Assembly (NCBI GenBank): GCA_965219345.1
Contig: OZ244732.1
Location: 576,001 to 640,000, forward strand
From: Nitrosopumilus sp.
Lineage (GTDB): Archaea; Thermoproteota; Nitrososphaeria; Nitrososphaerales; Nitrosopumilaceae
Direction of reading: 5' to 3'
Length of the DNA stretch: 64,000 nucleotides
Below, one piece after another: positions 30,280 to 41,413 of the stretch (positions are counted from its first letter, which is position 1; every line of letters starts with the position of its first letter). The notes under the pieces were generated by a model, which saw only the letters and a program-made list of their open reading frames with translations, was not told the origin of the DNA and made no database searches. The translations under genes and the position numbers were made by a program.

Positions 30280-31179
30280 TTATTTAATTTCTATTTCTAA
30301 AAGATCTTTTGCAGTTATTACTGAATTATGAATTTCTTGTGCTTCTCTCAAATGCTCACTTTCATCTTTGTATCTAGCTGAAAAATGTGTAAGAACTAAA
30401 TTTTTTACTTTTGCATTTTTTCCTAAAGTCGCAGCTTGCTTTGCGGTGGAATGACATGTATCTTGTGCTCTTTGTTTTTCTTCATCAAGAAATGTAGAAT
30501 CAAATACAAGGTAATCACATTCTTCAAAAAATTTTTCTAATTCTTTAGTAGGCATTGTATCGCCTGAAATTCCTATCTTTTTACCTGAACGTTTTTCTCC
30601 TAATATCTGATCTGGTCTTACTGTTTTTTCATTAATGATAATTTCATTTCCACTTTGTAATTTATTCCACAATTCTCCTTCTGGTATGTCTAATTCCTTA
30701 GCTTTTTCCACATTGAATCTTCCAGGCTTATCTTTTTCTTCAAATAGATATGAAAATGCAGTGACTGAATGATTGGCTTTACATGCATACATTGAAAATT
30801 TTTTATTCTCAAGAATTTTTCCTTCTTTAATAATATTAATTAAAACAGGAAATGATAATCCAAAGTTTAATATTTTTATGTTTGCTGCAATGAATTCATC
30901 AATTCCACTTGGACCAAAAATTTCCAAAGTTTCAGTTCTGTTTTGCATTGACATTGTTTGTAGTAATCCTAGAATTCCTACACAATGATCTCCATGTAGA
31001 TGTGTAACAAAAATTTTCATCTTCTTATTCCATCCCAAACCCGATTTCATATAGAAAATCTGTGCAGCTTCTCCTGCATCAAACATCAAGACCTCCCCTT
31101 CTCTTTCTAAACAAATACAAGACAAGCCTCTATTTTCAGTGGGCTGTGATGCTGATGTTCCTAAGAATACAAGTTTCAT
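30280..31179 (-). CDS. rnz: Ribonuclease Z
   Basis: FLGT, THLHGDH, SGDT, HST, THFSARY. Confidence 0.95.
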   Translation of the reverse strand: MKLVFLGTSASQPTENRGLSCICLEREGEVLMFDAGEAAQIFYMKSGLGWNKKMKIFVTHLHGDHCVGILGLLQTMSMQNRTETLEIFGPSGIDEFIAANIKILNFGLSFPVLINIIKEGKILENKKFSMYACKANHSVTAFSYLFEEKDKPGRFNVEKAKELDIPEGELWNKLQSGNEIIINEKTVRPDQILGEKRSGKKIGISGDTMPTKELEKFFEECDYLVFDSTFLDEEKQRAQDTCHSTAKQAATLGKNAKVKNLVLTHFSARYKDESEHLREAQEIHNSVITAKDLLEIEIK

Positions 31180-32123
31180 TTAATTAAAATTGTCCTTGTC
31201 AAGCTTTTATGCCTATAGATTTCATATTTCTTTAATCCGTTTAACTTCAAATTACCTTCTAATTCTTTTTTGTACATAATTGCTATTCTCTTGTGTTTAG
31301 GCAGAATTGAAAAAAATTTCTTTAGGATTACTTCAGGTTTTTCTGATGCTTTTGATGCTCTTCCGTATGGCAAGTCGGTGACAATTCCATTAAACTTTCC
31401 AGAAATTTTTGATAATTCTTGAAAATCTGACTTGAAAACTTTTGATTTGTACCCATTTACCGTGAGATTTTCTTTTGAAATCTCATACATTTTTTCATCA
31501 AAATCTAGCCCAATTGCATGGATGCCCATAGATTCAGCCTCTAAAAGAGTTGTACCAGTACCACAAAATGGGTCACATACCGTTTCTCCTTCTTTTAATC
31601 CAGTCAAATTTATCATAACTCTTGTTAGCTTCCGATCTAATTCATGAGGGTGATTTTTGATCTTTTTTGGTCTATTCTCTTCTTTGGCTCGTTTTGAAAA
31701 TCCAAAAAAACTCTCTTCATCTGTAAAAATTAGATATATTGTCATATCGGGATCTGCTAACTTTACTTTTGCATGAGAAAATTTTGAGATCATATCACCC
31801 ATAGATCTTTCTAATTCTGGAATATCCAATTGCTTTGATGATAAATTAATTATTCTGCAAACAAAGGTATTTGCATTTTTTAGCATTTGAAAATTATCCT
31901 CATCTAAAAACAATCCTGACATCTTCCGTAATATTTGTCCAGAAACTTTAACAAACGAAGCACGTTTGGCAATTTCGTTCCAATTTGTTTTAGATTGAAT
32001 AATTACCAAATTAGAAATTATTTTAGCTTTAGCAAATCTATCATATGTTTTTGATATTGCAATTATTTCATCACTTGCAAGCTCTGGATAATCTTTAGAT
32101 AAAATAAAAAAACTTTCTGGCAT
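31176..32123 (-). CDS. THUMP-domain RNA methyltransferase (Trm11/TrmG10-like)
   Basis: [20 protein letters not shown]. Confidence 0.8.
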   Translation of the reverse strand: MPESFFILSKDYPELASDEIIAISKTYDRFAKAKIISNLVIIQSKTNWNEIAKRASFVKVSGQILRKMSGLFLDEDNFQMLKNANTFVCRIINLSSKQLDIPELERSMGDMISKFSHAKVKLADPDMTIYLIFTDEESFFGFSKRAKEENRPKKIKNHPHELDRKLTRVMINLTGLKEGETVCDPFCGTGTTLLEAESMGIHAIGLDFDEKMYEISKENLTVNGYKSKVFKSDFQELSKISGKFNGIVTDLPYGRASKASEKPEVILKKFFSILPKHKRIAIMYKKELEGNLKLNGLKKYEIYRHKSLTRTILIK

Positions 32124-33004
32124 TATATTATTGCCTGTGCAATTGTATTAGAAACATCAACGATTGATGTTTTACTTGGAATTGTATTTGCACAAACAAT
32201 CTTTGAAACTCCTGCTTTTCCTATCCTTTTTTCAGCATCGTTCATTAAAAGAGCATGTGTACATGCAACATATACTCTATTACATTTTTGTTTTTTAAGA
32301 AATTGTGTGGCTTTGATTATACTCCCTCCTGTACTAATCATATCATCAACTAAAATAAGATCTCTACCCACAACTTCATCTGTGTTTTTTGTTTTAATTT
32401 GCACTTTGCCTGTTTTTCTATCCCTCTTCTTTTCTAGAGCAATATACTCTGATTCAAACTCTTTTGCAAATTCTTTTGCTCTGTCTTTTCCACCTTGATC
32501 AGGAGATACAACTAAAGGGTTTTTCAGGCTCAATTTCTTAAAATATTTTGCTAGATCTGGAATTGCAGTTACATTTTTTGTTTTGATGGTAAAGTGCTTG
32601 AACCCAATTATACTGTGAATATCAACTGCAATAATTTTTGATGCGCCAGCACCTTTGAATAATTTACCAAGAACTTTCATCGTAATAATTTCTCCTGGTA
32701 AAAATTCTCTATCTTGTCTTGCGTATCCCATATACGGAATCACAGCAACTACTTCAGATGATTTTTCTTTAGCTTTTGAAATCAATGATAATACTTGAAC
32801 TAGATTGGTATCAACAGGAGGATAAATTGATTGTACAACAACGGTTTTTCTTTTGGATAAATTTCCACTAAGCGTAATCTTACTTTCTCCGTCAGCAAAA
32901 ACTCTAACTTGTGATTTTACAAGATTTGCCTTTATCTTTCTAGATAACTTTCTTGCTAAATCTTCAGAAGATTTACCTGCAATTACTGATAGTTTAGTCA
33001 ACAA
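32123..33004 (-). CDS. prs: Ribose-phosphate pyrophosphokinase
   Basis: FADGE, PYMGYARQDR, VDIH, SPDQGG, VDDMISTGG. Confidence 0.95.
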   Translation of the reverse strand: MLTKLSVIAGKSSEDLARKLSRKIKANLVKSQVRVFADGESKITLSGNLSKRKTVVVQSIYPPVDTNLVQVLSLISKAKEKSSEVVAVIPYMGYARQDREFLPGEIITMKVLGKLFKGAGASKIIAVDIHSIIGFKHFTIKTKNVTAIPDLAKYFKKLSLKNPLVVSPDQGGKDRAKEFAKEFESEYIALEKKRDRKTGKVQIKTKNTDEVVGRDLILVDDMISTGGSIIKATQFLKKQKCNRVYVACTHALLMNDAEKRIGKAGVSKIVCANTIPSKTSIVDVSNTIAQAII

Positions 33005-33043
33005 GAAAATGTGATTTAATGGGATTCTTAAGTTTTGAGAAGA

Positions 33044-34786
33044 TCACTCATCTTCGCCACTACCACGACCAAGATCCCCTACACCATATTCATCAACAAC
33101 TCCCTTTCTCTGCTCATCAAGCTTGCTAATCTCCTCATGTTCACGCTTTTCATCTCCTTGGTATACTGTTCTAATTGGCCATGGAATTCTAATATCATAT
33201 CTCTTGAACTCTTCATACATGATTATTCTCATGTCTGTTTTAGTTTTGAACTGTGCACCATAATCTCTAACATAAACCCATAATGAAAAATCTAATGAGG
33301 AATCATTGAATTGGTTAAATCTTACAACCGGTTGATTTATGTCGACATGAATATCTTTATCACAACCGCAACTTGGTTGATTATTTTTTAAGTATGGACA
33401 TCGCATTTGTCTAATAAGATGTTTGCCTTTATCGTCAACTATTTCCTTCATTGCACGTTTTCCAACTTTTACAAGAATTGCTGAAACTTGTTTAGGATCA
33501 TTAAGATATGAAACACCTACGTCTACAATGGCGGGCACCATCTTTATTCCCTGTGTATAATTAATTACTTGAGCATTAACCAATTGTCTTGTCGGAATTA
33601 TTGCCACTGATTCGTTCAATGCATCTCTAACATAGGTTATCCTAGGCGTAATTTTGTGTATATAGCCATTATACCCTGTATCGAGTTTTACACGCTCACC
33701 TTCCACAAATATCTTATCCTTTCGAATGAAGATATAGGCAAAATAATTTTGCATAGTTTCTTGTAATGCCAAACCTAACCCGATTGCCAATCCTCCTGTG
33801 GCTGTAGCAAGTACAATCAAGTCTACTCCCCACCATGCAACTACGCCCAAAATTGTTGCAATAAAAATTCCTATTGGAAGAATTTGTTTTGCAGACTTTG
33901 GAATTCCTTCTCTTTTCTTTTTTGCATATCCTGGAGGACGAGAGCTTGGAATTAATGGTTCAAATCCATTTATTCTCTTTTCTTCTCTCCAAACATCAAT
34001 TGGAAATATCTCATCAGGCTTTGTACCTGGTTTTAACTTTCTTCCAGATTGATTATTACCAGTGATACAATTCTGATAATATTTTTCATATTTTGTACGT
34101 TCTGATTTTTTCCATTCTTCAAATGGTTTTTCAACTAATCTTTCATGTCCTCCAATTGGGTTTCCTTTTGTTGTACGAAATTGTTCCAATTGATCAATTC
34201 CTTTTTCTGTATTTAACAACTCCTGAAACTCTCTTTCATCAATATCTTCTGGAGTAGTCTTTGGTGGAACCCACTTGTACAATTTATGAAATAGATCGTC
34301 TTCATCATCAACAAATCCTCTCATTTCAAACCAAGCATCAAAATCCTCTCTTTCTAAGGTAGATTTTTCACGTTTAGCAAGGCTAATTGGAATAAGATGA
34401 GAAATAGTATAACCAATTACTAAAATGTTGAAAGTGTTGAGAATCTTTGCAAATGTTTCTTGAGGCGATATCTCTTCATTTCCAATTACCGCCAAGTCTT
34501 CTCCTAACAAAACACCAGTTTGTATGTGAACATTGATTGCAGTAATTAACGCAATTGCAAAAAATGGGAGAATAGCTCTACGTACAAATCTTGAAAAATG
34601 TGGTTTTTGGTAATAAAATTTCTGTGAACCTACCCAAGATGAAAGTTTTCTATAACCAATAGCTATTACAATTATACCTACAATCATTACAAAAAATGCA
34701 ATTTGAAGTGATTCAGATGATGCTAAAAGCTGTGATACAGTTTCAAATTCTCCTACAGAAATCTCTGTAACTCCTTCCTCAGCCAT
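33044..34786 (-). CDS. MscS-family mechanosensitive channel
   Basis: GLAIGLGLALQETMQNYF TM3, beta-domain, DIRIPWP. Confidence 0.85.
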   Translation of the reverse strand: MAEEGVTEISVGEFETVSQLLASSESLQIAFFVMIVGIIVIAIGYRKLSSWVGSQKFYYQKPHFSRFVRRAILPFFAIALITAINVHIQTGVLLGEDLAVIGNEEISPQETFAKILNTFNILVIGYTISHLIPISLAKREKSTLEREDFDAWFEMRGFVDDEDDLFHKLYKWVPPKTTPEDIDEREFQELLNTEKGIDQLEQFRTTKGNPIGGHERLVEKPFEEWKKSERTKYEKYYQNCITGNNQSGRKLKPGTKPDEIFPIDVWREEKRINGFEPLIPSSRPPGYAKKKREGIPKSAKQILPIGIFIATILGVVAWWGVDLIVLATATGGLAIGLGLALQETMQNYFAYIFIRKDKIFVEGERVKLDTGYNGYIHKITPRITYVRDALNESVAIIPTRQLVNAQVINYTQGIKMVPAIVDVGVSYLNDPKQVSAILVKVGKRAMKEIVDDKGKHLIRQMRCPYLKNNQPSCGCDKDIHVDINQPVVRFNQFNDSSLDFSLWVYVRDYGAQFKTKTDMRIIMYEEFKRYDIRIPWPIRTVYQGDEKREHEEISKLDEQRKGVVDEYGVGDLGRGSGEDE

Positions 34787-34911
34787 ATCTACTCAATTAA
34801 ATCACAGTTTAATATAGAATACAAAGTTAACTTCTATTATCATTCTTGATTGAAATTTTTATGCGTAACAGGCCTGTAACTTTTATCAAGGGTTAACATG
34901 CTATTTTCTGA

Positions 34912-36258
34912 ATGACCTATCAAGAATCGATTTGGGATGATTCACCCTCACTTAAAACATACACATTATCAAATTTTCGTGAACTTCCACAAATTCAGAA
35001 TCTTTCTGAAGAAACTAGATTTGAGATGGAAGTTGTAGGAAATGTTTTGCCATTTAAAGCAAACAACTATGTTGTTGAACAATTAATTGATTGGAACAAT
35101 ATCCCAAATGATCCAATGTATGTTTTGACTTTTCCCCAAAAAGGAATGTTGAAACCAGAACATTATGAAAAAATGGCAACTCTTTTAAAAAATAATCCTG
35201 ACAAAAAAGAAATAGCATCTGTTGCAAATGAAATTCGTTTACAACTAAATCCGCATCCAGCAGGACAAATGGAACTTAATGTACCAACACTAAAGGATGG
35301 AACCAAGTTGTATGGTATGCAACACAAATACAAGGAAACTTGTCTCTTCTTTCCAAGTCAAAGTCAAACTTGTCACGCATATTGTACTTTTTGTTTCAGA
35401 TGGCCACAATTTGTTGGAATGGATGAAATGAAATTTGCAATGCGAGAGGGTGAACAACTTGTTCAGTATCTTACAGAACATCCAGAAATTAGTGATGTAC
35501 TCTTTACAGGTGGTGATCCAATGATTATGAATGCAAAAATGTTTTCTAAATATATTGATGCTCTTGTTGAATCTAAACTCCCAAACCTCAAAACAATTAG
35601 AATTGGAACAAAAGCCCTTTCTTATTGGCCTTACAAATTTTTAACAGATTCTGATTCACCAGAAATGTTAGACATTTTTAGAAAGATTACTGATAACGGA
35701 TTACATCTAGCAATTATGGGCCACTTTAATCATCTGAATGAATTATCAACAGATGCTGTAAAATCTGCAATTAAGGAAGTTAGAAAAACTGGTGCTGAAA
35801 TTAGAACACAATCTCCACTTTTAGCACGTATCAATGATGATGCAGAAATGTGGGCAAAAATGTGGAGTAAGCAGGTTCAGTTGGGATGTATTCCGTACTA
35901 CATGTTTGTAGTTAGGGATACTGGTGCCCAACACTACTTTGGAATTCCTCTAGTGAAGGCATATGAAATTTTTACTAAGGCATATTCTGCTGTAAGTGGA
36001 TTAGCAAGAACTGTTCGTGGACCTAGTATGTCTGCAACTCCAGGAAAAGTGCAGGTTGTTGGAACTACCAATATCAATGAACAGAAGGTAATAATTCTGA
36101 GATTTTTGCAGGGTAGAAATCCTAATTGGGTACATGAACCATTCTTTGCAAAATATGATGAGAATGCAATTTGGTTAGATGATCTAAAACCGGCATTTTC
36201 TGAAAAATTCTTCTTTGAAGATGAATTAAACAATATCAAAACATCAAAAATGAATTAG
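34912..36258 (+). CDS. KamA (lysine 2,3-aminomutase)-like radical SAM protein
   Basis: HKY, CHAYCTFCFR, LFTGGDP, IRIGT, PYYMF. Confidence 0.85.
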   Translation: MTYQESIWDDSPSLKTYTLSNFRELPQIQNLSEETRFEMEVVGNVLPFKANNYVVEQLIDWNNIPNDPMYVLTFPQKGMLKPEHYEKMATLLKNNPDKKEIASVANEIRLQLNPHPAGQMELNVPTLKDGTKLYGMQHKYKETCLFFPSQSQTCHAYCTFCFRWPQFVGMDEMKFAMREGEQLVQYLTEHPEISDVLFTGGDPMIMNAKMFSKYIDALVESKLPNLKTIRIGTKALSYWPYKFLTDSDSPEMLDIFRKITDNGLHLAIMGHFNHLNELSTDAVKSAIKEVRKTGAEIRTQSPLLARINDDAEMWAKMWSKQVQLGCIPYYMFVVRDTGAQHYFGIPLVKAYEIFTKAYSAVSGLARTVRGPSMSATPGKVQVVGTTNINEQKVIILRFLQGRNPNWVHEPFFAKYDENAIWLDDLKPAFSEKFFFEDELNNIKTSKMN

Positions 36259-36325
36259 ACTTTATCATATAGTGTAATAACCTACAAGTATGGAATCATG
36301 AAAAATTAACCTGGTTGGTGTAAGT

Positions 36326-37480
36326 ATGGCAGAAAACAATTATGATATTTTAGGAATCGCGGAAGGTTCAACTAAGAAAGAAATTCGAGATGCATTTAGA
36401 CGATTAGCATTACAATTTCACTCAGATCGTGGTGGGGAAAATGAGCAATTCATAAAAATAAAACAAGCATATGAGGATCTCAAAATCGGTAAAAAATATC
36501 CTGATACAGACATTGAAAAAATAAAAAACTCTAGAGTATTTTCTGGTGATACTGAAGCTGATGTTAGAAGAAAGAATCAGATTCTAGGCCAACAATTATC
36601 CAAAGAAATGAAAGCTGCTGAGGAATGGGCAGCAGCCTTGAACAGATCAAATTCAACTGCAACAAGACTATTTGGATCAAAAACTCTTGGAGAAATTGAA
36701 CTAGAAAGAAAAGCAAATGGCGCTTTATCAATTAAAGGAAATTTCATGGCTGGAAATCTAACATATGATGGTCCAATAGTTATGCAAGGAAGTATAACTA
36801 GTCCATCATGGACACAAGAATTTAAAACAAACATACGTCTGACTAAAGGAGATTTCAAATTTGTTAATCCTTTAGAAACTAAATACAAAATTGAGAATGG
36901 CGCTAGAATTATTGTAGATAATGGAGATATTATAGTAGGAAATATCTTTGGTAGAAAATATAGAGTTGAAGATCCAGATGGAAGAGTTGGCATCTTTCAT
37001 ATTCAAGAACATAGAACACATATTTCAGCCCCCAATGGAAAAATTATTGCTGAAAATGTAGTAAACACTGTTTTACTTGATGCTGATACAATTATTATTC
37101 TCAATATTGAAGATGATGTAACATTATCTGCACGTGAAATTTTATTTTATGGAGGCAAATTCACCCATGATTCTGTAATTGAATTAAAACAAGGTGGCTC
37201 AATACGATTTTTTGAAAACTTTTCAATTCAAGGATTAAGTGGTGATGCAATGATTAAACTTGAAAATGGTAAACAAATTCGATTGTTCGATCTCAAAATC
37301 AAAAAAATTAAAGATTTAGCTGATGAATTTGTACCTAACAAGGAGAACTATGCAAAAGATGCTACTATGATCGGATTTGGATTTATAATTACATATGATA
37401 TGTTAGATAATCTTTCAAAGAAACCAACTAAAAAACAAAAAAATGGGTGGGCATCAAAATTTGGTTTTTCTAAAAATTAA
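36326..37480 (+). CDS. DnaJ-domain protein with beta-rich C-terminus
   Basis: NYDILG..IRDAFRRLALQFHSDRGG..AYE J-domain (HSD instead of HPD). Confidence 0.75.
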   Translation: MAENNYDILGIAEGSTKKEIRDAFRRLALQFHSDRGGENEQFIKIKQAYEDLKIGKKYPDTDIEKIKNSRVFSGDTEADVRRKNQILGQQLSKEMKAAEEWAAALNRSNSTATRLFGSKTLGEIELERKANGALSIKGNFMAGNLTYDGPIVMQGSITSPSWTQEFKTNIRLTKGDFKFVNPLETKYKIENGARIIVDNGDIIVGNIFGRKYRVEDPDGRVGIFHIQEHRTHISAPNGKIIAENVVNTVLLDADTIIILNIEDDVTLSAREILFYGGKFTHDSVIELKQGGSIRFFENFSIQGLSGDAMIKLENGKQIRLFDLKIKKIKDLADEFVPNKENYAKDATMIGFGFIITYDMLDNLSKKPTKKQKNGWASKFGFSKN

Positions 37481-37543
37481 TCAACAATATAGCTGAAAAC
37501 AACCTAAAATAATAAAAAGAAATTAAAAAATGATTGAACTAAT

Positions 37544-37843
37544 CTAATCGATTAATTCGGTCCAACCTTTTACGAAGACTGAGTCTTTGTGAAGTGGAAC
37601 TGGTTGTCCAACTGTAAAGTCCATTGGTCTCATCCAAAAGATTGCTTTTGTTGGGCATACACCTATGCATGCACCATCTGTGATGCATCTTTCTGGATAA
37701 AATACAAATGCTTTACCTCTCTTCCAGCCTTCTACTGGTTTTACTCTAAGGACATCTGGACCAAGTGTTGTACAGATTTCTACACATAGTGCACAACCTA
37801 TACACATCTGTTCACTGATGTCTGGAAGTATTGCTACTGGCAT
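37544..37843 (-). CDS. 4Fe-4S dicluster ferredoxin
   Basis: CIGCALCVEIC and CITDGACIGVCP. Confidence 0.9.
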   Translation of the reverse strand: MPVAILPDISEQMCIGCALCVEICTTLGPDVLRVKPVEGWKRGKAFVFYPERCITDGACIGVCPTKAIFWMRPMDFTVGQPVPLHKDSVFVKGWTELID

Positions 37844-37937
37844 TATGAAAAATTTTATAATTTTTGGCTTAATATAACTTGCCTAAAAATATCGAGCTAT
37901 AACGGCGTTTCAAATTTTGATCGCATAAAAATCAAAA

Positions 37938-38561
37938 TCAACCATTTTCTTGTTCTATTTTGAATATCTTTGAATTTGTATCAATATCTTCAAGAGTTCT
38001 GATCACTAAATGATTTTCAATTTTTTTAAGAAAATAAATCCCTGTTTTTCTTGATTTTATGAACTGTTTTCCTCCTGGTGATAATATCCATTCATTATTT
38101 TCTTTCTTTCTTGCTATCGCAGTTACAACAACAGATGAACTTGTTTTTCTCCCAACAGATGAGAGTAACATGATACATGAATTGATGAATCTTGCAGATT
38201 CAAGATCATCAAACATATTGTAAACTCCATTAAACGAATCAATTACAACTAGGAATTTCTTCTTTGATACTTCACTTATGATCTCTGATAATTTTTCTTT
38301 CCAACTTACTTTGTTAGGATGAAAAATTATCACATTATTTTTTTTCTGAATCATTCCAGATTCAACATATCCAGTATAAAGTAAATCCATATCTACAAAA
38401 ATTATTGGGCTTGTAACAGAATTGATTAGTCTGTTAAGAAACTCTGCTTTGTGGAAGGGTTCTGAACATAACACAATACTTGGTATGTTATCCTCAAATT
38501 CATTTTTAATATATATTAAATTATTATCTAAAATCTGCTCAGGACTTTTATCCAACACCAC
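37938..38561 (-). CDS. Hypothetical protein, degenerate RecA-like fold
   Basis: IIFVD, LVVIDS (Walker-B-like), SPGGK; no Walker A. Confidence 0.5.
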   Translation of the reverse strand: MVLDKSPEQILDNNLIYIKNEFEDNIPSIVLCSEPFHKAEFLNRLINSVTSPIIFVDMDLLYTGYVESGMIQKKNNVIIFHPNKVSWKEKLSEIISEVSKKKFLVVIDSFNGVYNMFDDLESARFINSCIMLLSSVGRKTSSSVVVTAIARKKENNEWILSPGGKQFIKSRKTGIYFLKKIENHLVIRTLEDIDTNSKIFKIEQENG

Positions 38562-38584
38562 TTTAGCATTTTACAGATATAATA

Positions 38585-39736
38585 ATGAATTTAGTATCAG
38601 AAGATATTTCAGGTGATTTTCCTAATTCCGGTAAAATCTATCTAAACAATGCATCAGTATCTCTAATTCCTTCTCAAAGTATTGAAGCTATGAAAGAATT
38701 TCTGATCTCATACAATTCAATTGGACCCGATTCTAAGGATTCAGAAACATTTGTTACTGAAAAACTACGTAACGTAAGAAAAATAATTGCAAAGATCATA
38801 TCCTGTCAACCTGATGAAGTTGTTCTTACTCAAAGTACTACTGACGGGATCAATATTGTGGCAAATGGTCTCTCTTTTGATGCTGGCTCCAACATAATAA
38901 TTCGTGGAATGACACACGAACATCATTCAAACTTTTATCCATGGATTAAATTAAAAGAAAAAATTTCAATAAAAAATCTTCCCATTGACAGAAACGGTTT
39001 TTTCAAATTAGATGATCTAGAATCCTATATTGATGTCAATACAAAACTAGTATCTCTAAGTCATGCTTTGTATAATACTGGTTCAATATTGCCTGTGGAA
39101 GAAATCGGAAATATTCTTCAAGATAGAGTTCCATTCTTTATTGATAGTGCACAAACTGTAGGATGTGTAGGAGACATTGATGTGTCTAAGATTAAATGCA
39201 ATTTCATGTCATTTAACGGCTCCAAATGGCTTTGTGGCCCAATGGGAACTGGCCTGTTTTACTGTAATAGAAAATCAAGCGAATTATTAGAACCAGTGAC
39301 AATTGGTGGTGAATCTGCAATAATTTATGATGATACAAATCTTGCTTTCAAAGAACTACCAGACAAATTTCAAACTGGTTTTAGAAATTATGTAGGAATA
39401 GTTGGATTGGAATCATCTATAAGCTACTTACTAAACTTTGGGTTAAAAAATATTCGTGAAAAAAATCAATACTTGTCAAATCTTTTCAGAGAAGAATTAT
39501 CAAAAATTCCTAATGTAATTTTGTATGGACCAGAAGATCCAAATGATAGAACCAGTATCGTATCTTTTAATATCGATGGTTTTGATTCACAAGAAATAGT
39601 AGATAAACTTGAAAAACAAAATATTATTTTGGCAGTAAGAGAAATTATGGAAAAAAAGATTGTACGAGCATCTCCTCACTTTTTTAATACAGAACATGAA
39701 ATGCTTCAGGTAATTGATGCAATAAAGAAACTATAG
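38585..39736 (+). CDS. Class V PLP-dependent aminotransferase-fold enzyme
   Basis: YLNNAS, EHHSN, IDSAQ, GSKWLCGP, RASPHFFNT. Confidence 0.88.
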   Translation: MNLVSEDISGDFPNSGKIYLNNASVSLIPSQSIEAMKEFLISYNSIGPDSKDSETFVTEKLRNVRKIIAKIISCQPDEVVLTQSTTDGINIVANGLSFDAGSNIIIRGMTHEHHSNFYPWIKLKEKISIKNLPIDRNGFFKLDDLESYIDVNTKLVSLSHALYNTGSILPVEEIGNILQDRVPFFIDSAQTVGCVGDIDVSKIKCNFMSFNGSKWLCGPMGTGLFYCNRKSSELLEPVTIGGESAIIYDDTNLAFKELPDKFQTGFRNYVGIVGLESSISYLLNFGLKNIREKNQYLSNLFREELSKIPNVILYGPEDPNDRTSIVSFNIDGFDSQEIVDKLEKQNIILAVREIMEKKIVRASPHFFNTEHEMLQVIDAIKKL

Positions 39737-39988
39737 GTTTTCTTGTTCTTCTATTACCATCATAGTCAATGTTGATTGAACTTTGCTGATTTTTCTGACT
39801 TTATCAGTGATAATTGCACGTAATTTTTCACCATCATCAGAAGACAACTTCAAAACAATGTCGTATACTCCATACACTCCTTGAACCTCAGATGTGACAT
39901 CTTCTTCAGCAAGAATCTGCTTAACTTCATTAATGATTGACTCATCTGATCCTAAATCAGAATTTAATAAAACATACGCAGTAGGCAC
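39731..39988 (-). CDS. Lrp/AsnC ligand-binding domain protein
   Basis: AYVLLN, VYGVYDIV, STLTM. Confidence 0.88.
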   Translation of the reverse strand: MPTAYVLLNSDLGSDESIINEVKQILAEEDVTSEVQGVYGVYDIVLKLSSDDGEKLRAIITDKVRKISKVQSTLTMMVIEEQENL

Positions 39989-40063
39989 ATGAAATTTTTC
40001 ATTAAACAGTATTTAACCTTTCATAGTTTGAAAACTGATTAATTACCATTCTGATTTGTTGAT

Positions 40064-40705
40064 ATGAAACCAATAGATCTAACATTAACAATATCAAAAT
40101 CTATTCCAACCTTTCCTGGTTCTCCAAAACCTCAATTCATTTATTGGTCTAATCTCAAGGATGATGGGTATAATCTTGAATTATTGTTCTTAAGTTCGCA
40201 CACTGGAACACATCTTGATGCACCATATCATTTTGTAAAAAATGGTCTTAAAATCCACCAAATTCTACTTAATAGGCTAGTAGGAAAAGCTACAATAATC
40301 AAACTCCAAAAAACTAAGAATACTGCAATTACTAAATTAGATATTACTACATTTGAAAAAAAGAATGGAAAGATTTCCAACCACACATCCGTCTTCTTCT
40401 TTACTGGATGGCAAAAAAATTTGAAAAAAGATAATTACTTTACAGAAAATCCAGGATTGTCCACATCAGCCGCTAAATATCTTGCATCAAAAAATATCAA
40501 TCTAGTTGGAATAGATTCTCCAAGCATAGATCTCGGAAAAGATGAGTCATTTAGTGTTCATCATATTTTGTCAAAAAATAATATCTTGATTGTAGAAAAT
40601 TTAGCAAACTTGAATAAAATTTCATCAAAGGAATTTAATTTTACAATTCTTCCACTAAAGCTTAAAGATGCTACGGGTTCTCCTGTAAGAGCAGTAGCAT
40701 CATAA
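40064..40705 (+). CDS. Cyclase family (kynurenine formamidase-like) protein
   Basis: HTGTHLDAPYH, GIDSPSID, IVENL, GSPVRAVA. Confidence 0.9.
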   Translation: MKPIDLTLTISKSIPTFPGSPKPQFIYWSNLKDDGYNLELLFLSSHTGTHLDAPYHFVKNGLKIHQILLNRLVGKATIIKLQKTKNTAITKLDITTFEKKNGKISNHTSVFFFTGWQKNLKKDNYFTENPGLSTSAAKYLASKNINLVGIDSPSIDLGKDESFSVHHILSKNNILIVENLANLNKISSKEFNFTILPLKLKDATGSPVRAVAS

Positions 40706-40760
40706 TTTACTCATATCAAATTCCGTAATGTCTAAAATATAGAAAATATCAACATCTCAT

Positions 40761-41255
40761 ATGAGCAAGCCTGGAAATATTTGGAGAAAGGTTCATGGTA
40801 AAATAACAAAAAAACCAACTAACTTTTCTTGGCTAATTGAAGAAAAATTAGCTGGTTCTGGAATGCCAACAAGTTTTGATGAATTTGATTGGGTTCTAAA
40901 CCAAGGAGTAAAATCAATTGTAACTATGACTGAGAACGCTTTACCAGATAGCTGGATAAAAAATATTAATTATCTGCATGTGCCAACCCCTGATCTTACT
41001 GCTCCTGATATGGATGAAATAGATTCAGCAGTAGATTTTATCCATGAACAAATCAAAAATGATCAGGCAGTCATGGTCCATTGTGCTGCTGGAATGGGAA
41101 GAGCAGGAACAATTCTTGCATGCTACTTTGTAAAACACAAAAAATTTTCAACAGATGAAGCAATTAAAAAAATTAGAGATGAAAGACCTGGCTCCATTCA
41201 ATCTGAAATACAAGAACTAGCTATTGGTTTTTATGAAAAACATGTAAGAAATTAG
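40761..41255 (+). CDS. Dual-specificity protein phosphatase
   Basis: VHCAAGMGRAG CX5R motif. Confidence 0.92.
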   Translation: MSKPGNIWRKVHGKITKKPTNFSWLIEEKLAGSGMPTSFDEFDWVLNQGVKSIVTMTENALPDSWIKNINYLHVPTPDLTAPDMDEIDSAVDFIHEQIKNDQAVMVHCAAGMGRAGTILACYFVKHKKFSTDEAIKKIRDERPGSIQSEIQELAIGFYEKHVRN

Positions 41256-41256
41256 T

Positions 41257-41403
41257 TTAGACGAATTCTGAAACTAATTTTTCATCTACAACCTTTATCT
41301 TCAAAGTCTTGTCATCTTGAAAGATCAGAGTTAATCCGCCTTCTGAATCAGGATCTTCTATCTTTACAAGTTCTACCATTTTGATTGAATCATATTTTCC
41401 CAT
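41257..41403 (-). CDS. Small hypothetical protein (48 aa), paralog of the adjacent gene; not in ORF track
   Basis: MGKYDSIKMVELVKIEDPDSEGGLTLIFQDDKTLKIKVVDEKLVSEFV. Confidence 0.7.
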   Translation of the reverse strand: MGKYDSIKMVELVKIEDPDSEGGLTLIFQDDKTLKIKVVDEKLVSEFV

Positions 41404-41413
41404 TTACATTCAC

